Assembly: GCA_902806345.1 (NCBI GenBank)
Contig: CADCWF010000204.1
Location: 6,234 to 70,233 of the forward strand
DNA from: an uncultured Thermomicrobiales bacterium
GTDB taxonomy: Bacteria; Chloroflexota; Chloroflexia; Thermomicrobiales; UBA6265
Direction: 5' to 3'
Length of the DNA stretch: 64,000 nucleotides
Positions 38,293 through 48,036 of the stretch are shown piece by piece (positions within the stretch are counted from its first letter, which is position 1; each line of letters starts with the position of its first letter). Both the position numbers and the translations under genes were made by a program. The notes beneath the pieces were generated by a model. The model made no database searches, was not told where the DNA came from, and saw only the letters and a program-made list of their open reading frames with translations.

Positions 38293-39360
38293 ATGCCAGC
38301 CGTCCCCTTCCCGCGTCCGGCCCGCCTGTTCGTCGTGCTGCTGCTTGTGCTGGCGATGCCGCTGGCGGCGGGCCGTTCCGAGGCGCAATCGGGGCCGCTG
38401 GTCGTCGCGACCTGGGGCGGCGCCTACTCGGATGCCTTTCGGGAGGCGTTCGCCGCGCCGTTCTCGGAGGAGACCGGGGTCGAGGTCCAGATCGTCGATG
38501 CGCCGGGCGGCTACAACGCGATGCTGGAGGCCCAGGCCGCCGCCGGCAACGTCACCTGGGACCTCGTCGACCTCGGCGAGGAGGACGCCCTGGCCCTGGT
38601 CGACGCCGGCCTCGTCCAGCCGTTGCCGGACGACGTCAAGGCCGACCTGGTGGAGGCGGTCGGCGCCGAGAACGTCACCGACCACGGGGTCTCCTTCGCC
38701 TCCTACGGCTCGGTCATCGCCTGCAACGCGGCGGCGGCCGAGGCCTGCCCGGCGACCCCGGCGGAGTTCTGGGATGTCGAGGCGTTCCCCGGCCGCCGCA
38801 CCATGTACGGCGACGGCTGGAGCGACGCCCTCGTCTACGCCCTGCTGGCCGATGGCGTCGCCAAGGAAGACCTCTTCCCGCTCGATGTCGACCGCGCCTT
38901 CGCCAAGCTGGACGAGATCAAGCCGAACATCGACGTCTGGTGGACCACCGGCGACCAGTCCCAGCAGATTTTCCGCGACGAGGAGGTCGTGATGGGCGTC
39001 CTCTGGGACGGCCGCGCCTCCGGTCTGCGCGAGCAGGGCGTCGACATCCAACTCTCGTTCGAGGGCAGCCCGATCGCCCGCGACCTGCTGGTGGTGCCGA
39101 CCGACGCACCCAACGCCGAGGCGGCGTTCGAGTTCCTCCGCTGGTACGCGATCCACCCCGAGGCGGGCGCGGTTTGGATCGAGGCGATGGGCTACGGCGT
39201 CGCCAACCCCGAGGCCTACGGCGAACTCCCGGCCGAGGTCACGGCCGATATGGGTGGAGCCCCCGAGAACATGGCGAAGGGCGTCGTCGTCGACGTCGAG
39301 TGGGCGCGCCAGAACCGGGCCGAGGTCCTGGCGCGGTGGACCGAGTGGCTGGCGTCCTGA
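38293..39360 (+). CDS. ABC transporter substrate-binding protein (family 1, PotD/PotF-like)
   Basis: A signal peptide is followed by LVVATWGGAYSDAF..., typical of polyamine/Fe3+-type binding proteins. Confidence 0.8.
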   Translation: MPAVPFPRPARLFVVLLLVLAMPLAAGRSEAQSGPLVVATWGGAYSDAFREAFAAPFSEETGVEVQIVDAPGGYNAMLEAQAAAGNVTWDLVDLGEEDALALVDAGLVQPLPDDVKADLVEAVGAENVTDHGVSFASYGSVIACNAAAAEACPATPAEFWDVEAFPGRRTMYGDGWSDALVYALLADGVAKEDLFPLDVDRAFAKLDEIKPNIDVWWTTGDQSQQIFRDEEVVMGVLWDGRASGLREQGVDIQLSFEGSPIARDLLVVPTDAPNAEAAFEFLRWYAIHPEAGAVWIEAMGYGVANPEAYGELPAEVTADMGGAPENMAKGVVVDVEWARQNRAEVLARWTEWLAS

Positions 39361-39771
39361 AGCCAACGCCTGAGGCGTGTTCATTCCGACCCCTCTCGGA
39401 ATCGACGACCAGTGCGGGCGTAGGCGTGGCTCCGATGCCTTCCCACGGGCCGAAGCCCCACAACCCTTGCTGGCGATGATGGGTGCGCTTCGCGCCGCAG
39501 ACGCGTGCGGGCCTGCCCCTCCGGCATCGTGGCGCTGGGGCAAGCTCGACACCGGTCGGCGCATGGTTACTCAGGCTGAACCGTCTCACCTGAGGTGGCG
39601 GATTACCCCTGACACTCCCAGGACCTCGATGGCGATTGCGTCACCGGTGCGACCGCGCATGCCCCTCGTGCTCAGGGCCATTCAGGATCCTTCGTCCGTT
39701 GAGCCCGGTCCTTGTACGGCCGAGTTCCCGCCGGGCGCGACCGGGCCGAACTGGCACCAAGCGCCACGGCC

Positions 39772-40671
39772 ATGACCACCGCCCCCATCGCCGCCACCCA
39801 GCCCGCCGCTGGCGGGAGCCGCGCCTGGCGGGCCGAACCGTCGGCCGCGGTCGGGCTGCTGCTGCTCGCCCCGGCGCTGCTGCTCCTCGGGCTCTTCTTC
39901 GTCGTCCCGATCGTCCGCATCGTCTGGGTCGCCGTTGCCGAGCCGAGCTTCGGGTTCGACCGCTTCGCCGACTTCTTCGCTAGTCCGGCGGCTCGGCGAT
40001 CGCTGCTGACGACGCTCCGGATCAGCGCGATCGTCACCCTGGTTGCGACGCTGCTTGGGCTGCTGATCGCCTGGGAGCTGCGCTCCAGCCCCTCGAAGTG
40101 GAGGCGGGCAGCCCTCTGGTCGGCCACCCTCTTCCCGCTCTGGACCAGCGTCGTCGTCCGCAACTACGCCTTCACCATCCTGCTCCAGCGGCGGGGCGTG
40201 GTGAACACGGCGCTCGTCAACGCCGGCATCGTCGACGAGCCGCTTGGCATCCTCTACACCGACACCGCCGTCGTCCTCGGCATGCTCTACACGATGCTGC
40301 CCTACGCGATCCTGCCGATCTATGCCAGCCTGGTCAACGTCGACCTCGCCCTCGTCGGCGCCGCCGAGAGTTTGGGCGCCAGCCGGCCGCGGGCGGTCGC
40401 CGGCATCGTCCTGCCGCTGATCGCGCCGAGCGTCTTCGCCGCTGCCGCGATCACCTTCGTCGTCTCGGTCGGCTTCTACATCACCCCGATCCTGCTCGGC
40501 GGCCCGGAGGCGCCGTTCCTGGCGACCTTCATCGACCAGCAGCTCTTCAGTCTCTACGATTTCCCGGCGGCGGCGGCTACCGCCAGCGTCCTCTTCCTGG
40601 CTGCCGTCGTCGTCGTCGGCTTGGCCTGGCGGGTCGTCGGCTTCGAGCAGCTCCGGCGGGCGCTCGGATGA
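39772..40671 (+). CDS. ABC transporter permease (PotB-like)
   Basis: Six TM segments and an EAA-like loop AAESLGASRPRAVAGIVLPL. Confidence 0.85.
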   Translation: MTTAPIAATQPAAGGSRAWRAEPSAAVGLLLLAPALLLLGLFFVVPIVRIVWVAVAEPSFGFDRFADFFASPAARRSLLTTLRISAIVTLVATLLGLLIAWELRSSPSKWRRAALWSATLFPLWTSVVVRNYAFTILLQRRGVVNTALVNAGIVDEPLGILYTDTAVVLGMLYTMLPYAILPIYASLVNVDLALVGAAESLGASRPRAVAGIVLPLIAPSVFAAAAITFVVSVGFYITPILLGGPEAPFLATFIDQQLFSLYDFPAAAATASVLFLAAVVVVGLAWRVVGFEQLRRALG

Positions 40672-41462
40672 TCGGCGGGCGGCTGCTGCGGCTGGTCGGC
40701 AAGGCCGCCCACGAGGCGATCCTGGCGCTCGTCGTCGTGTTCATGGTGGCGCCGACGGTCATCATCGTCGTCCTCTCCTTCTCCAGTGACGAGTTCATCC
40801 GCTTCCCGCCGAGCGGGTGGGGGATGCGCCAGTACGCCACGCTGGCGACGAGCGGGGAGTGGATCGAGCCGCTCGGCCGCTCGCTCACCCTCGGCGTCGC
40901 CGCGGCGCTGCTGGCGGTGCTCGTCGGGCTGCCAGCGGTGCTCGCGCTCTACCGGACGGGCGCGCCGGGCCGCGAGCTGGCGCAGTTCCTTGGGCTCGGC
41001 CCATTGCTGGCGCCGAGCGTGGCCTACGCCGTCGCCCTCTACGGGCTGTTCGCCGACCTCCGCCTGCTCGGCAGCTTCGGTGGCCTGCTCGTCGTCCACG
41101 TCACGCTGGCGCTCCCGTTCGTCCTGCTCATCACGGGGGCGGCGGTCGCCCGCGTCCCGCGGGAGCTGGAGTTGGCCGCGCTCAGCCTCGGCGCCAGCCG
41201 GACCCGGGCTTGGCGGGACATCACCCTCCGGCTGCTGTTGCCGGCGGTCGTCGCCTCGTTCATCTTTGCCTTCGTCGTCTCCTTCGACGAGGCGATCGTG
41301 ACCAGCTTCCTGAGCGGCATCGGCTTCGTCACCCTCCCGGTCGCCATCTTCAACTCGGTCCGTTTCGGGGTCGACCCGGTCATCACCGCGATCGCCACCC
41401 TCCTGACCGTGGCGACGGCGCTGCTGCTGCTGGTCTACGGGCTGCTGAGGAGGAGCACGTGA
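40668..41462 (+). CDS. ABC transporter permease (PotC-like)
   Basis: ATGA overlap with the preceding permease gene. The EAA loop is AALSLGASRTRAWRDITLRLLLP. Confidence 0.85.
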   Translation: MIGGRLLRLVGKAAHEAILALVVVFMVAPTVIIVVLSFSSDEFIRFPPSGWGMRQYATLATSGEWIEPLGRSLTLGVAAALLAVLVGLPAVLALYRTGAPGRELAQFLGLGPLLAPSVAYAVALYGLFADLRLLGSFGGLLVVHVTLALPFVLLITGAAVARVPRELELAALSLGASRTRAWRDITLRLLLPAVVASFIFAFVVSFDEAIVTSFLSGIGFVTLPVAIFNSVRFGVDPVITAIATLLTVATALLLLVYGLLRRST

Positions 41463-41544
41463 TGCGGGGTCGAAGAGATCAACGGTGGTTCGACGCCGGG
41501 TACTCCCCTTCGTCCAACCGCCCCCCAGAGGGCGTCCGGCCCGG

Positions 41545-41620
41545 ATCGCGGGGGAGAGGGAGACGAGACGGGGCGGCGTACCCCCCTGGCGTGTACTCGG
41601 GGGAGGGGACCTCCCCGCCG
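41545..41620. repeat. G/C-homopolymer mosaic repeat (copy C) in the permease-ATPase spacer
   Basis: ccccagagggcgt..., ggggcggcgtacccccc...gggggaggggacctcccc. It shares modules with 43319-43612 and 44879-44932. Confidence 0.6.
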
Positions 41621-41655
41621 CTCGTTTCCACGTCCCGTGACCGGGTCACCGGACC

Positions 41656-42780
41656 GTGACGCCCTCCATCGTCACCTCGGCCCCAGCATTGGCGCCGGCG
41701 GAAACGGTGCAGCCCCCGGCGCTCCAGCTCCGTGCCCTCCGCAAGCGCTTCGGCGCGGTCGAAGCGGTCGCCGGGGTCGACCTCGCCCTGCGGCCCGGCG
41801 AGTTCCTGACCCTGCTCGGTCCCAGCGGCTCCGGCAAGACGACGATCCTCAAGCTGATCGCCGGCTTCGAGCGTCCGTCGGCCGGCGCGATCGAACTGGC
41901 CGGCCGCGATGTTTCCGCCCTGTCGCCCGCCGACCGGGGGATCGGCGTCGTCTTCCAGCAATACGCCCTTTTCCCCCACATGAGCGTCCGCGACAACATC
42001 GCCTACCCGCTCAAGCTGCGCCGCCGGTCGCCCGCCGAGCGCGACCGCCGGGTCGAGGAGATGCTGGCGCTGGTCGAGCTTTCCGGCTACGGGGCGCGCT
42101 TCCCGCGGGAGCTCTCCGGTGGCCAGCAGCAGCGGGTGGCGGTCGCCCGGGCGCTCGCGTTCGAACCGGCGCTGCTGCTGATGGACGAACCACTCGGCGC
42201 CCTCGATCGGGCCCTGCGGGTGGGGATGCAGGAGGAGATCCGGCGCATCCACCGGGAGTCGGGCGCGACGATCCTGTACGTGACCCACGACCAGGAAGAG
42301 GCGCTGACGATGTCCGACCGGGTCGCCATCATGCGGGAGGGGAGACTGCTCCAGGTTGGCGCCCCGCGGGAGCTCTACCGCCGCCCGGCGGACCGTTTCG
42401 TGGCGACGTTCTTCGGTGAGTGCACGCTGGTGCCGGCCACGCTCCTCGCCTCCCCCGACGCGGGCCACGTCCGCGTCGCCGCCCTCGGCCGGGAGGCGAC
42501 CGTCCGCCGTGGCGCTCCCACCCTTGCCGACGACATCTCCCTCGCCGTCCGGCCCGGCAAACTCCGGCTGCGGCCGACGGCGGACGACCTGCCGCTGCCG
42601 ACGACCGTCGTCGACGTGCTTTACCTCGGCGACTCGGTGCGGATCGTCGGGTGGAACCCGGTGGCGGGCGAGGTGCTGGCCCGGGCCGACCCGGACGAGG
42701 CGGCGGCGGTGGCGATCGGCCAGGAGTTGGCCCTCGGCTTCGCCCCGGCCGACGCCGTCGCGGTCGGCGGCAGCCGGTGA
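41656..42780 (+). CDS. ABC transporter ATP-binding protein (PotA-like, with a C-terminal TOBE-like domain)
   Basis: Walker A GPSGSGKTT, Q-loop, signature LSGGQQQRVAVARAL, Walker B LLLMDEP and H-loop YVTHDQ. Confidence 0.9.
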   Translation: MTPSIVTSAPALAPAETVQPPALQLRALRKRFGAVEAVAGVDLALRPGEFLTLLGPSGSGKTTILKLIAGFERPSAGAIELAGRDVSALSPADRGIGVVFQQYALFPHMSVRDNIAYPLKLRRRSPAERDRRVEEMLALVELSGYGARFPRELSGGQQQRVAVARALAFEPALLLMDEPLGALDRALRVGMQEEIRRIHRESGATILYVTHDQEEALTMSDRVAIMREGRLLQVGAPRELYRRPADRFVATFFGECTLVPATLLASPDAGHVRVAALGREATVRRGAPTLADDISLAVRPGKLRLRPTADDLPLPTTVVDVLYLGDSVRIVGWNPVAGEVLARADPDEAAAVAIGQELALGFAPADAVAVGGSR

Positions 42781-43313
42781 TGGCAGTCGAACCTCCGGGC
42801 ACGGAGCCGTGTCATCTCCGCTCCCGCATGGAGGCAGAAAAGGACGCGGCCGAGCCGCCGGGAACGGAACCGGAAGCCGATCGCGGCGGCGATGGCGACC
42901 CGCAGTACGCGATCGAGACGACCATCCCCCTCCGCTGGCGCGACCTCGACCCCTACGGCCACGTCAACAACGCCGTCTACCTGACCTACCTGGAGCAGGC
43001 GCGCGATGAGGCGATCACGCGGCTCCTGCGAGAAGCCCTAGGCGAGGTCGGCTACGTGCTGGCCCGCGTCGCCATCGACTACCGGCGGGAGCTGCGCCAG
43101 GTCGACGGACCCGTCGTCGTCTCGTGCCGCTTCGGCACGCTCGGCGGCGCCAGCATTGCCACCCGGGAGACGATCCGCACCGCCGCCGGCGACCTCGCTG
43201 CCGAAGCCGAGGCGGTCGTGGTCAAATTCGACCGCGAGACGCGCCGCTCCCAACGGTGGACGGACGCGGAGCGGATCGCGTTCCTGGCGGCCGGCGCCCG
43301 GCCGCGGGAGTGA
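42780..43313 (+). CDS. Acyl-CoA thioesterase (4HBT / YbgC-like hotdog fold)
   Basis: The core is IPLRWRDLDPYGHVNNAVYLTYLEQAR. The start overlaps the ATPase stop, and the length of the N-terminal extension is uncertain. Confidence 0.75.
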   Translation: MAVEPPGTEPCHLRSRMEAEKDAAEPPGTEPEADRGGDGDPQYAIETTIPLRWRDLDPYGHVNNAVYLTYLEQARDEAITRLLREALGEVGYVLARVAIDYRRELRQVDGPVVVSCRFGTLGGASIATRETIRTAAGDLAAEAEAVVVKFDRETRRSQRWTDAERIAFLAAGARPRE

Positions 43314-43318
43314 CGGCT

Positions 43319-43612
43319 CTCACCCCCGGGCCGCAACCCGGCTTGCGGATATCCCCGCCGCTGGTCCACGAGAGGTATCGGTTGCGGAGGAGGGCGCGGC
43401 AGCGTCCCAGCGGGTGGCCCCCTCCCCAGAGCGCGTGGGAGAGGCTTAACGGGACACGGGTGCAACGGTCCACGATGCCGCGCTTCCCGCCGACAGTGTT
43501 CGGCGGTACCCCTCCCTCGCGATCGGGGGAGGGGTTGGGGGAGGGCCGTCCGCCAAGGCGAACGGCTTCTTGAACGATACCTCCCCCCTTTCCGGGGGGA
43601 GCCGGGGGTGAG
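43319..43612. repeat. 294-bp MITE/REP-like element with perfect 11-bp terminal inverted repeats
   Basis: CTCACCCCCGG at 43319-43329 and CCGGGGGTGAG at 43602-43612. Internally there are two hairpin units, cccctccc-tcgcgatc-gggggagggg (+ttgggggaggg) and ctcccccc-tttcc-ggggggag. It fills the whole thioesterase-ACAD spacer. Confidence 0.55.
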
Positions 43613-43670
43613 GTCATCCCTCGCCAATCACGAGCAACGCGTTGAGACGCGAACGCGAGGGAGGAACGCG

Positions 43671-44861
43671 GTGGAAGTCGGCCACATCTCGGAGCGCGCC
43701 CGCGAGATCAAGGCGCGGGCGGCGCGGTTCGTCGAGGCGGAGCTCTGGCCGCTGGAGTTGACCGTCGTCGACGGCGGCGAGCTCGACCGGACGCTCGTGG
43801 ACGCGGTGCGGGCGAAGGCGCGGGCGGCCGGCTTCAGCATGCTGAACATGCCCTTCGCCGTCGGCGGCGCCGACCTGCCGATGCTCGACCTCGTCGCGAT
43901 CGAGGAGGAAGCCGGCAAGGCGACCAACGGCCTCGGCTTCATCGTCGTCGACCGGGGCCCCCGCGAGCTCCTTGAGGCGGCGACGCCGGAGCAGGTCGAA
44001 CGGTGGATCATGCCCGTCGTCCGCGGCGAGACGCGGGAGGCGTGGGCGGTGACGGAGCCGGGCGCCGGCTCCGACGTTGCCGGGATCGCGGCCACCGCCC
44101 GCCGCGACGGCGACGGCTGGCTCCTGGACGGCGAGAAGTGGTTCGTCACCGGGGGCGACCTGGCGAGCTTCTACATCGTCCTCGCCAACGCCGAGGGTGT
44201 CCAGACGCTCTTCCTGGTCGACAAGGGGACACCGGGCCTGGAGGTCGTTCGCGAGCCGCGCTTCATGCACGACCCCTACACCTCCAAGCACCAGGAGCTT
44301 CGCCTCTCCCGCTGCCGGGTGCCGGAGGCCAACCGGGTACCCGGCGCCGGTGGTGCCGGCGCCCGGAAGTGGTTCTCGCTGGAGCGGATCATGATCGCCG
44401 CCCGCTGCTGCGGTGCCGCCGAGCGCCTGATCGACCTCTCCCGCGGCTGGGCGCTGGAGCGGCAGGCGTTCGGCCACGCGATCGCCGACTACCAGGCGAT
44501 CCAGTTCATGCTGGCCGACTCGCTGACCGAGCTGGCGGCGGCGCGGCTGCTGACCCTCCACGCGGCGACCGCATGGGACCGCGGCGACGACGCCAAGATC
44601 GTCCACGGCAAGGTGGCGATGGCCAAGCTCTACGCTTCGGAGATGGCGAACCGGGTGGCGGATCGGGCGGTCCAGATCTTCGGCGGCCGCGGCTACATGA
44701 CCGAGAACCCGGCCGAGCGCTACTTCCGCGAGCTGCGGGTCGACCGCATCTGGGAAGGCACCAGCGAGATCCAGCGGTCGATCATCGCCCGCGGTCTGCT
44801 CAAGCGCGGTGCCGCGGCTTACCTGGACGGCGCGGTTGGTGCGCCGGTCGGCACCCCGTGA
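43671..44861 (+). CDS. Acyl-CoA dehydrogenase
   Basis: The GTG at 43671 follows GAGGGAGGAACGCG. Motifs include AVTEPGAGSD, KWFVTGG, the C-terminal IFGGRGY and RIWEGTSEIQR. Confidence 0.88.
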   Translation: MEVGHISERAREIKARAARFVEAELWPLELTVVDGGELDRTLVDAVRAKARAAGFSMLNMPFAVGGADLPMLDLVAIEEEAGKATNGLGFIVVDRGPRELLEAATPEQVERWIMPVVRGETREAWAVTEPGAGSDVAGIAATARRDGDGWLLDGEKWFVTGGDLASFYIVLANAEGVQTLFLVDKGTPGLEVVREPRFMHDPYTSKHQELRLSRCRVPEANRVPGAGGAGARKWFSLERIMIAARCCGAAERLIDLSRGWALERQAFGHAIADYQAIQFMLADSLTELAAARLLTLHAATAWDRGDDAKIVHGKVAMAKLYASEMANRVADRAVQIFGGRGYMTENPAERYFRELRVDRIWEGTSEIQRSIIARGLLKRGAAAYLDGAVGAPVGTP

Positions 44862-44878
44862 GGGACGGCGCCGCGCGT

Positions 44879-44932
44879 TCTCCCCCCACCCGGGCAAAGG
44901 AGGGGAAACGCCGGTGTACGCCGCCCCCCGGC
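44879..44932. repeat. G/C-homopolymer mosaic repeat (copy D) between the convergent ACAD and valS genes
   Basis: The reverse complement ggggggcggcgtacaccggcgtttcccctcctttgcccgggtggggggag shares ggggcggcgtac and the C-run/G-run hairpin with copy C. Confidence 0.55.
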
Positions 44933-44962
44933 TTCCTACCCGGTTACCGTCCAGGATCCGAG

Positions 44963-47665
44963 CTATCCCAGTTCGCTCAACCGCCGCTCCAGCAGGGCGA
45001 TCTGCTCTTGGGCCGTCTGGAGGCGCTTCCGCTGGACCTCGACGACGGACCCCGGAGCGCGGGAGACGAACGCCTCGTTGCCGAGCTGCTTCTCAGCCCG
45101 CTCCTTCTCGAGCGTCGCCTCGGCCCGCTCTTTCTCGAGCCGCTCCCGCTCGGCGTCGAGGTCGACCATCCCGGCCAGCGGTAAGAGGGCGACCGTCTCG
45201 CCGGCCACGGCGGTCAGGGCACCCGGGGCAGCCGCCGGTTCCCCGGCCGAGATCGCGAGTTGGTCGATGTCGATCCGGGCCAGGGCGGCCAGTTCCCGGC
45301 GGGCCTCCGCGAACGCCCCGGCGTGGGGACCGGCGAAGACCTCGGCCGCAATCCAGCGACCCGGCTCGACGTTGGCCTCGGTTCGGGCGTTGCGGACGGC
45401 ACGGACGAGGTCGATCACGGCGCCGAAGGCCGCCTCCGCCACCTCGTCGCGGGGGGCGGCTACCGGCCACGGGGCGACGATCAGCAGATCGCCGGCGTGG
45501 GGCAGCTCGGCCCAAAGCGTCTCGGTCAGGAAGGGCATGGTCGGGTGGAGCAGCCGCAGCGAGCGCTCCAGGACGAACGCCAGCGTCTGGGCAACGACCG
45601 TTTGCTCCTCCGGCGTCCCGCGGAGCCGGACCTTGGCCGCCTCCAGGTACCAGTCGCACAGCTCCGACCAGACGAACTCGCGGATCGCCTTGGCCGCCTC
45701 GCCGTAGAGGTGCTGCTCCATCAGGCGAGTCGCCGCAGCCGTCGTCGCGTCGAGGCGGGAGAGGACCCAGCGGTCGGCTAGGGCCAGACCGTCGGTTGGC
45801 CGGGCCGGGCCGTCGGCGTCGAGATCGATCCGGCCCTCGGCGATCGGGCGGAGCGCGAAGCGGGTCGCGTTCCAGAGCTTGTTGGCGAAGTTGCGGGCGT
45901 CCTCCACCTTTTGCAGGTCGAGCTTGAGGTCGTTGCCCGGCGAGGACTGGGTGACCAGGGCGAACCGCAGCGCGTCGGCCCCGTACTCGGCGGTGACGAG
46001 CGTGGGGTCGATCACGTTGCCCTTCGTCTTGCTCATCTTGGCGCCCTCGGCGTCGCGGACGGTGCCGTGCAGGTAGACGGTGTGGAAGGGCAGCTCGCCG
46101 GTGAACTCCAGGCCGAAAAAGACCATCCGGGCGACCCAGAAGAAGAGGATCTCGTACCCCGTCTCCATCACGGACGAGGGGTAGAAGCGGGCCAGGTCCG
46201 GCGTCTCGTCCGGCCAGCCGAGCGTGGAGAAGGGCCAGAGTCCGGACGAGAACCACGTGTCGAGCACGTCCGGGTCCTGGACCACGGCGCCGCCGCAGCT
46301 CGGGCAGGCGGCCAGCGTCTCCTCCTCGGTGACGACGGTCTCGTTGCACCCCTGGCAGGACCAGACCGGGATCCGGTGGCCCCACCAGAGTTGGCGGGAG
46401 ACCGTCCAGTCGTGGATGTTCTCCAGCCAGTTCAGGTAGACAGTCTTGAAGTGGTCGGGCACGAAGCGGAGGCTGCCGTCCCTGGCCGCTGCGATCGCGG
46501 GCGCCGCCAGCGGCGCCATCTCGACGAACCACTGCTCCGAGATGAGCGGCTCGACAACCGTGTCGCAGCGCTGGCAGTGGCCGACCGCGTGACGGTGCGG
46601 TGCCACCCCCAGCAGCGCGCCGTCCGCCTCCAGCCGGGCGACGACCGCTTTTCGGGCCTCGCCGCCGGGCATGCCGGCGAACGGCCCGGCCGCCTGGTTG
46701 AGCGTGCCGTCGGGGTTCAGGATCGAGATCCCGGGCAGTCCCTGCCGCCTGGCGATCTCGAAGTCGTTCGGGTCGTGGTTGGGCGTCACCTTGACGGCGC
46801 CGGTGCCGAACGCGGGGTCGACCCCCTCGTCGGCGACGACCGGGATCAGGCGGTCGACGATCGGCAGGCGGACCTGCTTGCCGACGAGGCGCTTGTAGCG
46901 GTTGTCGTCCGGGTGGACGGCGACCCCGGTATCCCCGAGCATCGTCTCCGGCCGGGAGGTGGCGACGGCGATGATTTCGGCCGTCCCCTCGACCGGGTAG
47001 CGCAGGGTCCAGAGGGAGCCGGGGTCGTCGCGGTGGACCACCTCCAGGTCGGAGAGGGCGGTCATGCAGCGGGGGCACCAGGAGATGAGCCGCTCGCCCT
47101 TGTAGATCAGGCCCTTGTCGTAGAGCAGCTTGAAGGCGCGGCGGACGGCCCGCGAGGGGCCGGGGTCCATCGTGAAGGTGAAGCGGCTCCAGTCGCAGGA
47201 GGCGCCGAGGATCTCCATCTGCTCGCGGATGCGGCCGCGGTAGCGGTTCATGTAGGCCCAGACCCGCTCGACGAACGCCTCGCGGCCGAGATCGTGGCGG
47301 GTCAGCCCCTCGGCCCGCAGCTCCTTCTCGACGACCCACTGGCCGGCGATCCCGGCGTGGTCTGCGCCGGGGGTCCAGAGGGTGGGGTCGCCGAGCATCC
47401 GGTGCCAGCGGACCATGATGTCTTCGACGGTGACGAAGAGGGCGTGCCCGATGTGGAGTTCACCGGTCACGTTCGGCGGCGGCATGACGACGACGAACGG
47501 TTTGCGGTCCGGGTCGCCGACGGGCCGGAAGGCGCCGGCGTCGTCCCACCGGTCGTAGAGGCCGGCCTCGACGAGGCGCGGGTCGTAGGCCTTGGCGAGG
47601 CCGTTGTCGGCTTCGACGGGCGGGGTGGTGGTGGCGGTGGGGGCAGGGACGATCGTTTCGGTCAT
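44963..47665 (-). CDS. valS: Valine--tRNA ligase
   Basis: PPPNVTGELHIGHA (HIGH), the editing domain, KMSKTKGN (KMSKS) and a C-terminal coiled coil. Length is 900 aa. Confidence 0.97.
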   Translation of the reverse strand: MTETIVPAPTATTTPPVEADNGLAKAYDPRLVEAGLYDRWDDAGAFRPVGDPDRKPFVVVMPPPNVTGELHIGHALFVTVEDIMVRWHRMLGDPTLWTPGADHAGIAGQWVVEKELRAEGLTRHDLGREAFVERVWAYMNRYRGRIREQMEILGASCDWSRFTFTMDPGPSRAVRRAFKLLYDKGLIYKGERLISWCPRCMTALSDLEVVHRDDPGSLWTLRYPVEGTAEIIAVATSRPETMLGDTGVAVHPDDNRYKRLVGKQVRLPIVDRLIPVVADEGVDPAFGTGAVKVTPNHDPNDFEIARRQGLPGISILNPDGTLNQAAGPFAGMPGGEARKAVVARLEADGALLGVAPHRHAVGHCQRCDTVVEPLISEQWFVEMAPLAAPAIAAARDGSLRFVPDHFKTVYLNWLENIHDWTVSRQLWWGHRIPVWSCQGCNETVVTEEETLAACPSCGGAVVQDPDVLDTWFSSGLWPFSTLGWPDETPDLARFYPSSVMETGYEILFFWVARMVFFGLEFTGELPFHTVYLHGTVRDAEGAKMSKTKGNVIDPTLVTAEYGADALRFALVTQSSPGNDLKLDLQKVEDARNFANKLWNATRFALRPIAEGRIDLDADGPARPTDGLALADRWVLSRLDATTAAATRLMEQHLYGEAAKAIREFVWSELCDWYLEAAKVRLRGTPEEQTVVAQTLAFVLERSLRLLHPTMPFLTETLWAELPHAGDLLIVAPWPVAAPRDEVAEAAFGAVIDLVRAVRNARTEANVEPGRWIAAEVFAGPHAGAFAEARRELAALARIDIDQLAISAGEPAAAPGALTAVAGETVALLPLAGMVDLDAERERLEKERAEATLEKERAEKQLGNEAFVSRAPGSVVEVQRKRLQTAQEQIALLERRLSELG

Positions 47666-47767
47666 GCTCGGGGATCCATCCTGGTCGGCGGGGACGAAGG
47701 GCGACGGCTATTGTCCGGCAACCGGTCAAGGGGCGTCGACCGTGATAGACCGGGAACGAGGTTGAGA

Positions 47768-47777
47768 AGTATATACT
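47768..47777. promoter_or_regulatory. Perfect 10-bp palindrome AGTATATACT containing a TATACT -10-like hexamer. It is a candidate promoter/operator of the TA operon.
   Basis: It lies in an AT-rich patch 41 nt upstream of the antitoxin ATG. The GGAGGA ribosome-binding site is at about 47806-47811. Confidence 0.4.
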
Positions 47778-47817
47778 GTATCAGCAAGCTTCTTGTAAGA
47801 ACCAACGGAGGACCGAG

Positions 47818-48033
47818 ATGATCGTCCAGCAGCTTCGGAAGTCGGGCAACAGCTACGTGGTCACGATCCCCAAGGAGGAGGTCGAGCGCCACGGCTGGAA
47901 AGAAGGGCAGCACTTGGCGGTCGAACTCACCGAGATCGAGTTGCGGCCGACGCTTCGGCCGCAACTGCGCGAGATCCTGGAGCGGAACTGGGACAAGATG
48001 GAGCCGGGTCTCCGCTACCTGGCGGATCGCTAA
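47818..48033 (+). CDS. AbrB/SpoVT-family antitoxin
   Basis: VQQLRKSGNSYVVTIPKEEVERHGWKEGQHLAVEL is a swapped-hairpin AbrB-type motif. The next gene starts 3 nt after its stop codon (TAA at 48031-48033). Confidence 0.8.
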   Translation: MIVQQLRKSGNSYVVTIPKEEVERHGWKEGQHLAVELTEIELRPTLRPQLREILERNWDKMEPGLRYLADR

Positions 48034-48036
48034 TAG

